Source of the DNA: Candidatus Woesearchaeota archaeon
GTDB taxonomy: Archaea; Nanobdellota; Nanobdellia; Woesearchaeales; JABGXB01
DNA length: 20,000 nucleotides
Assembly: GCA_018675975.1 (NCBI GenBank)
Contig: JABGXB010000002.1
Location: 172,098 to 192,097, forward strand
Direction of reading: 5' to 3'
Of the stretch, positions 9,905 through 18,125 are shown one piece after another. The notes beneath the pieces were generated by a model. It made no database searches, had not been told where the DNA came from, and saw nothing but the letters and a program-made list of their open reading frames with translations. The stretch's first letter is position 1, and every line of letters begins with the position of its first letter. Both the position numbers and the translations under genes were made by a program.

Positions 9905-10094
9905 AGATTTTTAAATATTTATTTAAATATAAACATATTGATCATTAAAAATATAATTAAATTTATATATAATTATAGTTTACCAATATTATGAATAAAA
10001 TTAAATATAGTGATTGCCGGTGGCAACTATAAGTTCAATTTAATTAATCTATTTTTCTATTGGCAGTATTAAATTAATTTTCTAAAATAATTAA

Positions 10095-10162
10095 GAAGAT
10101 ATAGTTTAATGGTAAAATATTTAGTATTCTAAAAGCTCTAAGTTCGAATCTTGGTATCTTTA
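10095..10162 (+). ncRNA. tRNA-like cloverleaf with a 4-nt anticodon loop (tRNA mimic or pseudo-tRNA)
   Basis: Acceptor GAAGATA/TATCTTT, T8A9, D-arm GTTT-AATGGTA-AAAT, arm TTTAG-TATT-CTAAA, variable AGCT, T-arm CTAAG-TTCGAAT-CTTGG, discriminator A. Confidence 0.7.
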
Positions 10163-10181
10163 AAACATGGAGGATAAGAAA

Positions 10182-10889
10182 ATGAAAACTATAATTAAAG
10201 GAGAAGGAAAACCTATAATAGGTATAATTGGAGCATTACACGGAGATGAAATAATCGGTGTAAATGTAATAGAACAATTAAAAGATTTAAAACTAAATAA
10301 AGGAACAATAAAATATATTATTGCAAATCAAGAAGCTATAATAAAAAATACTAGATGTATTGATCAAGATTTAAATAGATCATTTCCAGGTGAAAAAAAT
10401 GGAAATAATGAACAGAATTTAGCTTATCAAATAATGGATTTAATTAAAGATTGTGATTATATAATTGACATACATTCAACTGATAGTCTAATTGAGAGTT
10501 TTATTGTATTAACAAAAGATAATAAGTTTATTAGAGATGAATTAGAAAATGTTTTATTAAATAAAGTTGTCATTATGGGATTTAAAGGAAAAGAAAAATC
10601 ATTAATAGAACATTCAAAATTTGGTTTTTCATTGGAATTTAATAAAAGTGTCGATGAAAATCAAGTAACTGAAATAGTAAAAAATTATTTAAAATATTTA
10701 AATATAATTGACGGAAAAAGTAAAACAATGAGTAAAGAATATTATTATGTATATGAAAAATTAAGTAATTATAATGGTAAACTAAATAATTTTGAATTAG
10801 TAAATGTAAACGGCGAAGAATTTTATCCAATATTAGCTAATGAAAAAAATTATGAGTTTAATTGCTTTAAAGCAAAAAAACTCAATTAA
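10182..10889 (+). CDS. Succinylglutamate desuccinylase/aspartoacylase (M14-like zinc hydrolase)
   Basis: GALHGDE, R.IDQDLNRSFPG, IDIHS and catalytic Glu (SLE). GGAGG at 10169-10173 favours ATG 10182 over 10167. Confidence 0.85.
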   Translation: MKTIIKGEGKPIIGIIGALHGDEIIGVNVIEQLKDLKLNKGTIKYIIANQEAIIKNTRCIDQDLNRSFPGEKNGNNEQNLAYQIMDLIKDCDYIIDIHSTDSLIESFIVLTKDNKFIRDELENVLLNKVVIMGFKGKEKSLIEHSKFGFSLEFNKSVDENQVTEIVKNYLKYLNIIDGKSKTMSKEYYYVYEKLSNYNGKLNNFELVNVNGEEFYPILANEKNYEFNCFKAKKLN

Positions 10890-11008
10890 TTTTTTTTATT
10901 TTTAATAAATTTCAGATAATATGGCAATTTCCTATACCATAAAAACAAAAGATAGGGAAACTGAATGTCTTAAATTAAAGAACCGGTCAGAATTTATGAC
11001 CTCAAAAA

Positions 11009-11060
11009 ATACCCCTACAAACTGTCAAATTACAAAACATTCATATAAAAGTAGGGGTAT
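11009..11060. repeat. Perfect 10-bp inverted repeat with 32-nt spacer
   Basis: ATACCCCTAC (11009-11018) and GTAGGGGTAT (11051-11060). Confidence 0.75.
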
Positions 11061-11331
11061 ATATAATTATGGCAGTACTTCCTGAAAGAAAAAAACCTAA
11101 TAATACAGAATATTTTCTACTATACTCATCTGCAAAACCTCCAGTTATAAGTTCAAATAAAAATATTGTTGCACTATTCGCAGCATATATGATTGAAATT
11201 TGAAAAAAAGTTAGACCTATATTTAAAAAATAAAGCATCATAAATGGAACTATCATATTAGATAAAGTTGTGACCATTGTTCCAAAATAAAATGGCCATA
11301 ATAAAGATAGTTCTTTTTTCTTAAATATCAT
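11041..11331 (-). pseudogene. Truncated MFS transporter (first ~3 TM helices only)
   Basis: FELITGGFADEYSRKYS is MFS motif A-like. The ORF is 96 aa against about 400 expected, and I see no hydrophobic continuation downstream. Confidence 0.75.
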
Positions 11332-11484
11332 AAAATAAAAGATGCATTTTAGTTTTTAAATTCAATGGGGAATATAACTAATGATTATGTTCCGTATGGA
11401 AGAATTTTATATTTTTATTTAGTTTTAATATAATAATAAAGTTGGAAATTAAAATGAAGAAAATGATAATGGAGTTTATGTAAA

Positions 11485-12129
11485 ATGGGAGATGATTTTT
11501 TATATAAAGCCGCACTGAAAATTGCATTAGAACAATATTTTGATATTGTGTGTAGAAAAGAAATGAATATAGCTAAAATCTATGATAAATTTAAATTAGA
11601 TATGTCAGAGGCTGCCGACATGTGTTTTCCAGAACATAATGTAGAAGTAAATTTATGGTCTAAAGAAAAAGGTTATTTTTTACATGATGATGTTTTAGTT
11701 GATGATTATGATGAGTATATGGAAAATGGAACTGTTCCTGAAGGCGTCCCTGAAAATTTTCTTAAACATTATAAAGATGATTATGACACTTATCATGGTT
11801 ACATTCATTGTGATGAAGAGTTTTATAATAATGCATTAAAAGGTTGCACAGAAAAAGTTAGACCTGATTTGGCAGAATTAGTAAATGTTGGAAAATTTAC
11901 AAGAGGAAAAGAAATTTATAGAGCAACTCTAACAGCTAACGGATATTTGAATCCTAAATGATTAGAATTAATGGTTGATCTTGGTAATTTCATGATGAAA
12001 GAATATGATGGAATATTAAGTATTGATAAACGTAGTAATTTTATTGACATTTCAGAAATAAAAAAAGAAATGGAAAAAAGAAAAGAAGAAGTTTATTTAA
12101 CTAATATGCAATTAAAATCATTAAATTAA
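11485..12129 (+). pseudogene. Hypothetical gene interrupted by an in-frame TGA at 11959-11961 (or two ORFs, 11485-11961 and 11971-12129)
   Basis: The same frame stays open for 55 codons past the TGA (LELMVDLGNFMMKEYDG...LKSLN) to TAA at 12127-12129. Confidence 0.55.
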
Positions 12130-12139
12130 TTTTTAATAG

Positions 12140-12158
12140 AAAGCGCCTGGAGATTTGA
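12140..12158 (-). repeat. Degenerate copy of the tRNA-Thr 3' end (att-like)
   Basis: AAAGCGCCTGGAG--ATTTGA versus AAAGCTCCTGGAGGGATTTGA (12237-12257): one mismatch and a 2-nt gap. Confidence 0.55.
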
Positions 12159-12238
12159 GAATGAATGTTAAATTTGTTGATTCATAATAAGTAAATTACG
12201 GGAGCAAAAAAGCCCCAAAAAGTAAACATTTGGTAAAA

Positions 12239-12310
12239 AGCTCCTGGAGGGATTTGAACCCCCGACCTGCTGCTTACAAGGCAGCCGCTCTACCACTGAG
12301 CTACAGAAGC
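12239..12310 (-). tRNA. tRNA-Thr (anticodon UGU), no intron, CCA not encoded
   Basis: GCTTCTG TA GCTC AGTGGTA GAGC G GCTGC CTTGTAA GCAGC AGGTC GGGGG TTCAAAT CCCTC CAGGAGC T forms a complete cloverleaf, followed by a T-run. Confidence 0.97.
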
Positions 12311-12334
12311 GATAATATCAAATTTTGATTATTC

Positions 12335-12349
12335 TTTATAAAAGTTTTT
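12335..12349 (-). promoter_or_regulatory. Archaeal BRE+TATA promoter of tRNA-Thr
   Basis: Minus strand AAAAACTTTTATAAA ends about 25 nt upstream of the tRNA. Confidence 0.65.
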
Positions 12350-12441
12350 AATTAAAATATAAAACAATGCAATAAACACAATTAAAACATTATATTTAGT
12401 ATAAATAATGCTTATAAAACAATTTACACTTAAAAATTCTA

Positions 12442-14091
12442 ATGGAAAATAAAAAACCAAAAAGACTAGCACTTCCTTCTCTATACAATTTAAGATCAAA
12501 AACTCATCAAAATAAATGTCCCAATCTAGTAACATTGGTTCAAGGAATCTATCCAACGTTTGATATACAGATAGAAAATTGTTGTGATAGTGAGTATGGA
12601 GAATTTAGCACTGAATTTGATCTTTTACCTATAGAAAAAAGACATGGGTCTTTACATGGGCTATATTTGATAAATGGAAATATAGCAGATTCAGAAATTT
12701 TATTTTCATATAAGAGTAAATATTATGAATTAGATTTAAAAAATGGACAATTAAGCGAAACTCAAAAAAAAGCTGATAAAATTATTTTGCAATTAGAAAA
12801 AGTTAAAGATTGTTATTTAAATCCAAGAACTAAAACACGAAAACTTAAAGTTCCTTTTTTAAAATTAAAAGAAAATCCAGAAGAAACACCATTAGTTTTA
12901 GCATATGAAAATGGAGAGGAAATTTCATATCGTTCATTGCACATGAAACGAAGTAGAGTATACACTTCTGAAATAAATCTTGGAAATGTAAAAAAAAGTT
13001 TAGATGAAACGACAATGGGATTTTTTAATAGAGAAGAAGAAGTAATATATGAAGAAGATTGTAAAGAACATAATTTAAAAAGTAATAATGGTTATTTAAA
13101 AATAAAACCCGAAAAAGTAAATTTAAACGAACCATCTCAAATTTATAATTTTTTAAGACAATTTGTAGTTGGGCAAGATGATGCATTAAAAACTGTTTCA
13201 ATCGGAGTTTCAGAATTTATTAATAGAGACGCCGACCAATATTCACCACACAATATTTTAATTGCAGGAATGTCTGGTAGTGGAAAAACACATATAATAA
13301 ATTCGTTAGAAAAATTATTACCAAATATTCCTTTTTTTAAAACACAAGCCTCTGGAAAAAGTGCAGAGGGTTATATTGGTTCTAGTTTTACAGAAATATT
13401 TAGAGAAATTTATGATCAAACAGGTGAGAGTGAACCAGTAGCAATTTTATTAATTGATGAAATTTGTAAAGTAAGAGCAAAAGATAGTTCAAGTATGTCA
13501 GAATCTGTTTCAGATATATTAATAGGGGCATTAGATCAAAATGGTAAATATAGTTTTGGTGGTGAGACAATTTATTTTAAAAATATGTTATTTATTTCAG
13601 CAGGAGCATTTATGGGTCAAGGATCTAATGATTCGCTTGAAGCAATAATTAAAAAAAGAAAAAAGAAAGAAAATAAAATTGGTTTTAATGAAACAAAAGA
13701 AAAGAAAAATTTAGACGAAAGAGAAGAACCAATAGTTGATGACTTTATTGAATATGGAATGAAACCAGAGTTAATGGGAAGATTCCCACATTTTGCAAGA
13801 ACATATTGTTTAAATCCAGAAGAATTAATGGAAATATTAAATAAAAAAAATATTTCACCATTAGAAGAAAAAAGAAAATCATTAAAAAAAAGAGGATATA
13901 CTTTGAGTATTGAACAAAAAGTATTAAAGATATTAGTTGAAAATGCAGATAAAAAAACTGGAGCAAGAAGTTTAAGAAATTCAATTAATAGAGCATTTAA
14001 AGAAATATTATTTGAACCTAAAGAATTTGCAAGTAAAGGTAAAAAAATAACTATAAATGAAACATTAATTAGAAAATTATTAGAAACTTGA
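12442..14091 (+). CDS. clpX: ClpX-like AAA+ ATPase with a ~225-aa unrecognised N-terminal domain
   Basis: L.QFVVGQDDA, NILIAGMSGSGKT, EGYIG, LLIDEI, LFISAGAF, KIGF, YGMKPELMGRFP, KTGARSLR. Confidence 0.8.
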   Translation: MENKKPKRLALPSLYNLRSKTHQNKCPNLVTLVQGIYPTFDIQIENCCDSEYGEFSTEFDLLPIEKRHGSLHGLYLINGNIADSEILFSYKSKYYELDLKNGQLSETQKKADKIILQLEKVKDCYLNPRTKTRKLKVPFLKLKENPEETPLVLAYENGEEISYRSLHMKRSRVYTSEINLGNVKKSLDETTMGFFNREEEVIYEEDCKEHNLKSNNGYLKIKPEKVNLNEPSQIYNFLRQFVVGQDDALKTVSIGVSEFINRDADQYSPHNILIAGMSGSGKTHIINSLEKLLPNIPFFKTQASGKSAEGYIGSSFTEIFREIYDQTGESEPVAILLIDEICKVRAKDSSSMSESVSDILIGALDQNGKYSFGGETIYFKNMLFISAGAFMGQGSNDSLEAIIKKRKKKENKIGFNETKEKKNLDEREEPIVDDFIEYGMKPELMGRFPHFARTYCLNPEELMEILNKKNISPLEEKRKSLKKRGYTLSIEQKVLKILVENADKKTGARSLRNSINRAFKEILFEPKEFASKGKKITINETLIRKLLET

Positions 14092-15195
14092 AGGTGCTAA
14101 TGGCCTGTATACATGCTTTTGCTCAATACCAAAAAATCTTTGTTCTGATAAATAAGGAAATTTATCCAATTTAATTCTAGGTGAAATTTCTGTCGATAAT
14201 AAGAAATTAATTGGTGGACTTTGTTTACAACCTAAATAAAATGGAAGTCTTGAAAAATAAAATGTTTTTAAAAATTCTTGTTCAGGCATTTTTTGATCTC
14301 GTGCTTCTTGAGCAGTTCTAGTTTTTTCAACACCTCCTAAATATGAAAGGTCATCATCAATAATATGACCATCGATAGAAAATGGAGATGCTATAATTAT
14401 ACTTTTTAGATTAATTTTTTTTCCATTCAAAACAGGACGTATTCCACTTTTATATTCCTGTTGAATCAATTCAGATTCAATATATTTTTTTGCTACATCT
14501 AATTGAGTTCCATCACTAACATTAACAAAATGAAAATCTCTATTTTCACGTATTAAAATACCTTTATGTTTAAAAGAAAAATTATCATAATAGGAAATAT
14601 TAGAAACATCTAACCAATCAACGACATCATCACAAGCATCTTTGTGAAAAAAAACATCTTCAGGTTTATACACAGAAGGAATTTTTACTTTATATATATC
14701 ATTTTTTTTTAATAATAAACCTAATTTTTTATTAGTACGAGTACTAGAAATTACTTTTAATATATCTAATAATGCATTAGTTAAAAAATATTTACCCTTA
14801 ACTAATCTATCAAAACCAAAAAAAGCACCAACGTCCCCATAGGAAGACGCAAGTAAATATTTATTAAATTCAATTTGTTGAGTTTTTTCCTTATCATAAA
14901 AAAGTCCATCTAATGAGTCGGCATTTAATATGTGATCAGAAATAATTGTTTTTAGAGTTTTATAATCACTCTCCCCTTTAATTTTACAAGGTAATAAACA
15001 AATAGGTGGCCTATCATTTTCTTTTAAACTTGCAATAAAAATATTATAAGTCATTTTCCCAAAACACTGAGAATAGTTTGAATGACTACCAAATAAACTA
15101 GTAACACCCGTATCAGGCATACGAGAATAAACTTTAAAATTACGAGGTAATAATTTATCTAACATTTCAATTCTTGTTTCTTTTAGATGTACCAT
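14080..15195 (-). CDS. Hypothetical protein (371 aa), coupled to the upstream TcmP-like gene
   Basis: Long ORF whose ATG directly abuts the upstream TAA (TAAATG). No family recognised. Confidence 0.8.
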   Translation of the reverse strand: MVHLKETRIEMLDKLLPRNFKVYSRMPDTGVTSLFGSHSNYSQCFGKMTYNIFIASLKENDRPPICLLPCKIKGESDYKTLKTIISDHILNADSLDGLFYDKEKTQQIEFNKYLLASSYGDVGAFFGFDRLVKGKYFLTNALLDILKVISSTRTNKKLGLLLKKNDIYKVKIPSVYKPEDVFFHKDACDDVVDWLDVSNISYYDNFSFKHKGILIRENRDFHFVNVSDGTQLDVAKKYIESELIQQEYKSGIRPVLNGKKINLKSIIIASPFSIDGHIIDDDLSYLGGVEKTRTAQEARDQKMPEQEFLKTFYFSRLPFYLGCKQSPPINFLLSTEISPRIKLDKFPYLSEQRFFGIEQKHVYRPLAPSSF

Positions 15196-16221
15196 TTAAA
15201 CCACCAATTGTAAATACTCAAGCTCTTTTACTTTAAAATCTTTAGGAGTATAAGTATAATGACCATTTGAACTTTTTTTTGCACATAAAGAACCACTTTC
15301 AAATAATTTTGTAATATGGTTTTTTATTAATGAAGAAGAAATCATACCAAAATTTTCATTTAATAATTCTATAAATAGTCGCCTATATTGAATGCCAGAA
15401 TTTTTTGATAGTTTAGAATTAATTGTATTAGAAAAATAAGCTGAAAGAAGAGACGGTTGCGTTCCAGACTTATAATCATTAAATGCAATTAAAGGAGCTA
15501 AATTTTTTGTACACAAAATTAATTTATATAATTGCGAATCACCACGATTTAAATCAATTACATTTACAGACGGATATTTTAATTTTAATAAATTAATATA
15601 GGAATCAAATAATTTACCATTATCTTTATCATAATCAAGTTCTAAAGCAGTTTCAAGTCTATCACGACTACCTTGAAAACGCGAATTAGTTCCTTGACCA
15701 ACCACTCGTTTCATTGGATAAAAAGGAAAATTAATTAATACATCAAAATTAGAATTAATTGTAGAACAAAACTCTATTGGTTTTGTACTATAGTCTCTTA
15801 TTCCAAATGGATCAATAAAAATTAAACCTGAACCATTACAACTCATTAAACTTGCTTGTTGATTACCAGAATAAAAATCATAATTTTTTAAAATTATTTT
15901 TAGCCGATCATTAATACCCAAATATTTTTGAATTGAACCTTCTAATTGTAAAAACATATCTTCTTTTAATTCAAAAAAAATTGAATTTACTAAAAGAGAT
16001 TTTTTACGAGAATTATTATTTAAATAATCAATAATTGTATCCATTGCAATTGAGGGACTTCCAAACGCCCCATCATCAAAAGTATTTGAACCTGCAAAGC
16101 CATCAATATATGTAAAATTTGAATTTAAAGTACCTTCTAAAGAAGCAGAAAGTACAGTTTTTAATAAATTATGTTTCAATTGAGTCCATGGACCTTTTTC
16201 TAAAAAATGTTCTTCACTCAT
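15196..16221 (-). CDS. tcmP: Three-Cys-motif partner protein TcmP-like (SAM-methyltransferase fold, probable C-terminal wHTH)
   Basis: GPWTQLKH.LL, YIDGFAG, GSPSIA, FFE, FIDPFG, DVLINF, Y.LI.CTKN. Confidence 0.8.
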   Translation of the reverse strand: MSEEHFLEKGPWTQLKHNLLKTVLSASLEGTLNSNFTYIDGFAGSNTFDDGAFGSPSIAMDTIIDYLNNNSRKKSLLVNSIFFELKEDMFLQLEGSIQKYLGINDRLKIILKNYDFYSGNQQASLMSCNGSGLIFIDPFGIRDYSTKPIEFCSTINSNFDVLINFPFYPMKRVVGQGTNSRFQGSRDRLETALELDYDKDNGKLFDSYINLLKLKYPSVNVIDLNRGDSQLYKLILCTKNLAPLIAFNDYKSGTQPSLLSAYFSNTINSKLSKNSGIQYRRLFIELLNENFGMISSSLIKNHITKLFESGSLCAKKSSNGHYTYTPKDFKVKELEYLQLVV

Positions 16222-16303
16222 AATAAAAAAAATAAGAATTTGTTTTTATTTATTGTGATAATTAAGTATATAATAATAATAAAATTACTTTATAAATGAA
16301 CAT

Positions 16304-16319
16304 AAAAAACTTTATAAAT
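16304..16319 (+). promoter_or_regulatory. Candidate BRE+TATA promoter of the helicase operon
   Basis: AAAAAACTTTATAAAT lies about 50 nt upstream of ATG 16368. Confidence 0.45.
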
Positions 16320-16367
16320 CCTATTTGATTCAAGTAATATATATTTCTTAAAAACTTAATATTAAAC

Positions 16368-18125
16368 ATGAAAAAAATTATTTTAGAAACAAAATTAGAA
16401 AAAAAACCAAAAGAGTTGATTAGCCAAAGACAATTTAGTCTAAATGTAATTGCTAATAAAATTTCTGTTATTGAACAAGTTAAAAAATTAATTGGTATGA
16501 GTGAATATAAAGATAAAATACAAATATTAAAACATCAAACTGATACTGCTTTAAGAGTAATTAATAATTTTCCAAATAGAGCATTATTATCAGACGAAGT
16601 AGGTTTAGGTAAAACCATTGAAGCTGGTATGATAATAAAAGAATATATAGTTAGAAAATATTCTAAAAAAATATTAATTTTAACTCCAGCATCTTTAGCA
16701 TATCAATGGCAAGAAGAAATGAGAAGTAAATTTAATGAATATTTTCATATTCCAAAAGATTCAGAGGATTATGATCATGATAAAATAATTATATCAATAG
16801 ATACTGCAAAAACAGATAAACATTCACAAATAATAAAAGGAATTTATTGGGATTTATTAATAATTGATGAGGCACATAAATTAAAAAATAAAGAAACTCT
16901 AAATTATAAATTTGTAAAAACAATACAAAAAGAAAGATGTTTAATGTTGACTGCAACACCATTACAAAATAATATTTTTGAATTGTGGGCATTAGTTGAT
17001 TTATTACACCCTGGTTTTTTTCAGACATTAAATAAATTTCAAGAAAAATATGTTGAAAATGAAGAAGGGTTACAAATTAAAAATCCAATTGAATTAAAAC
17101 AAAAACTTGAAAAAATTATGATTAGAAATTTAAGAAGAAATGTGGATATAAAATTTGTTGAGAGAAATATTAATACACACATATTAGATTTTTCTAAAGA
17201 AGAAATGAGATTTTATACTGAGGCTGTTAGCTTTATTAAAAAAAGATATCAAGAAATTAAAAAAATTGAAAAAATTGAAGAAGAAAAACAAAAAGAAATG
17301 AGTGAAGAAGAATTAAAAGAAATGGCAAATAAATATAGACAAAAAGGTCTTTTGACATTTAGATTAATTATGCTTACTAGACAAATTACATCATCAATTC
17401 AAACTGCAATTAATGCATTAGAAAGATATAAAGAAGCAGTTGAAGATGATAAAGAATTAATACAATTAAATTATATTATTGACATGGCAAAAGATATTAA
17501 AAAAGATACTAAATTAGAAGCATTATTAAAAATTGTAAAAAAAGAAAAAAAGAAATTTATAATTTTTACATCATTTGTACATACACAAAAAATATTGCAA
17601 ACCGAATTAGCAATAAATGGTTTTTCAACAGTTATTTTTAATGGGAAAATGAATGCTAAAGAAAAAGAGGTAGCTATTGAAAATTTTAGAAATGAAAAAC
17701 AAGTTTTAATTTGTACTGATGCTGGAAGCGAAGGACGTAATTTGCAGTTTTCAAATATATTAATTAATTTTGATTTACCTTGGAATCCTATGAGAGTAGA
17801 ACAAAGAATTGGTAGAGTTCACAGAATTGGTCAAACTTTAGATGTTCAAATACATAATATGGCAATTAAAGATACAGTAGAATCATATATTTTAAATAGA
17901 TTATATGAAAAAATAAAATTATTTGAAGTTAGTGTTGGTGAAATGGACTTAATATTATCACAATTAAAAAGTAAAAAGAATATTGAAAATGAAATTTTTG
18001 AATCATATATTGATGAAGAAAATAAAGAGTTAAATAAAGATTTGATGCAGGCTAAAACCAGTGCAGAAGATATTAAAAAATTAGATGGAAATATATTCGA
18101 TAAAAATGGACTTGGACATAATTGA
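16368..18125 (+). CDS. SNF2/RapA-family (YqhH-like) helicase
   Basis: LSDEVGLGKTIEAG, IIDEAH, LTATPLQN, TDAGSEGRNLQ, FDLPWNPMRVEQRIGRVHRIGQ. Confidence 0.92.
   Translation: MKKIILETKLEKKPKELISQRQFSLNVIANKISVIEQVKKLIGMSEYKDKIQILKHQTDTALRVINNFPNRALLSDEVGLGKTIEAGMIIKEYIVRKYSKKILILTPASLAYQWQEEMRSKFNEYFHIPKDSEDYDHDKIIISIDTAKTDKHSQIIKGIYWDLLIIDEAHKLKNKETLNYKFVKTIQKERCLMLTATPLQNNIFELWALVDLLHPGFFQTLNKFQEKYVENEEGLQIKNPIELKQKLEKIMIRNLRRNVDIKFVERNINTHILDFSKEEMRFYTEAVSFIKKRYQEIKKIEKIEEEKQKEMSEEELKEMANKYRQKGLLTFRLIMLTRQITSSIQTAINALERYKEAVEDDKELIQLNYIIDMAKDIKKDTKLEALLKIVKKEKKKFIIFTSFVHTQKILQTELAINGFSTVIFNGKMNAKEKEVAIENFRNEKQVLICTDAGSEGRNLQFSNILINFDLPWNPMRVEQRIGRVHRIGQTLDVQIHNMAIKDTVESYILNRLYEKIKLFEVSVGEMDLILSQLKSKKNIENEIFESYIDEENKELNKDLMQAKTSAEDIKKLDGNIFDKNGLGHN

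Noticed and set aside
10639..10830. 63-aa minus-strand ORF
   Set aside because: Antisense shadow within the peptidase gene.
10921..11085. 54-codon plus-strand ORF (MAISYTIK...)
   Set aside because: No SD or recognisable motif, and it overlaps the MFS fragment and the inverted repeat.
11959..11961. Genome-wide TGA recoding or selenocysteine
   Set aside because: Several genes end in TGA at sensible positions, Trp is encoded by TGG, and I see no Sec-type context or SECIS.
12230..12239. ACCA a few nt downstream of tRNA-Thr as an encoded CCA end
   Set aside because: It is separated from the discriminator by a T-run that is more likely the terminator.
12329..12556. 75-aa minus-strand ORF
   Set aside because: Overlaps the clpX start and tRNA promoter and has shadow composition.
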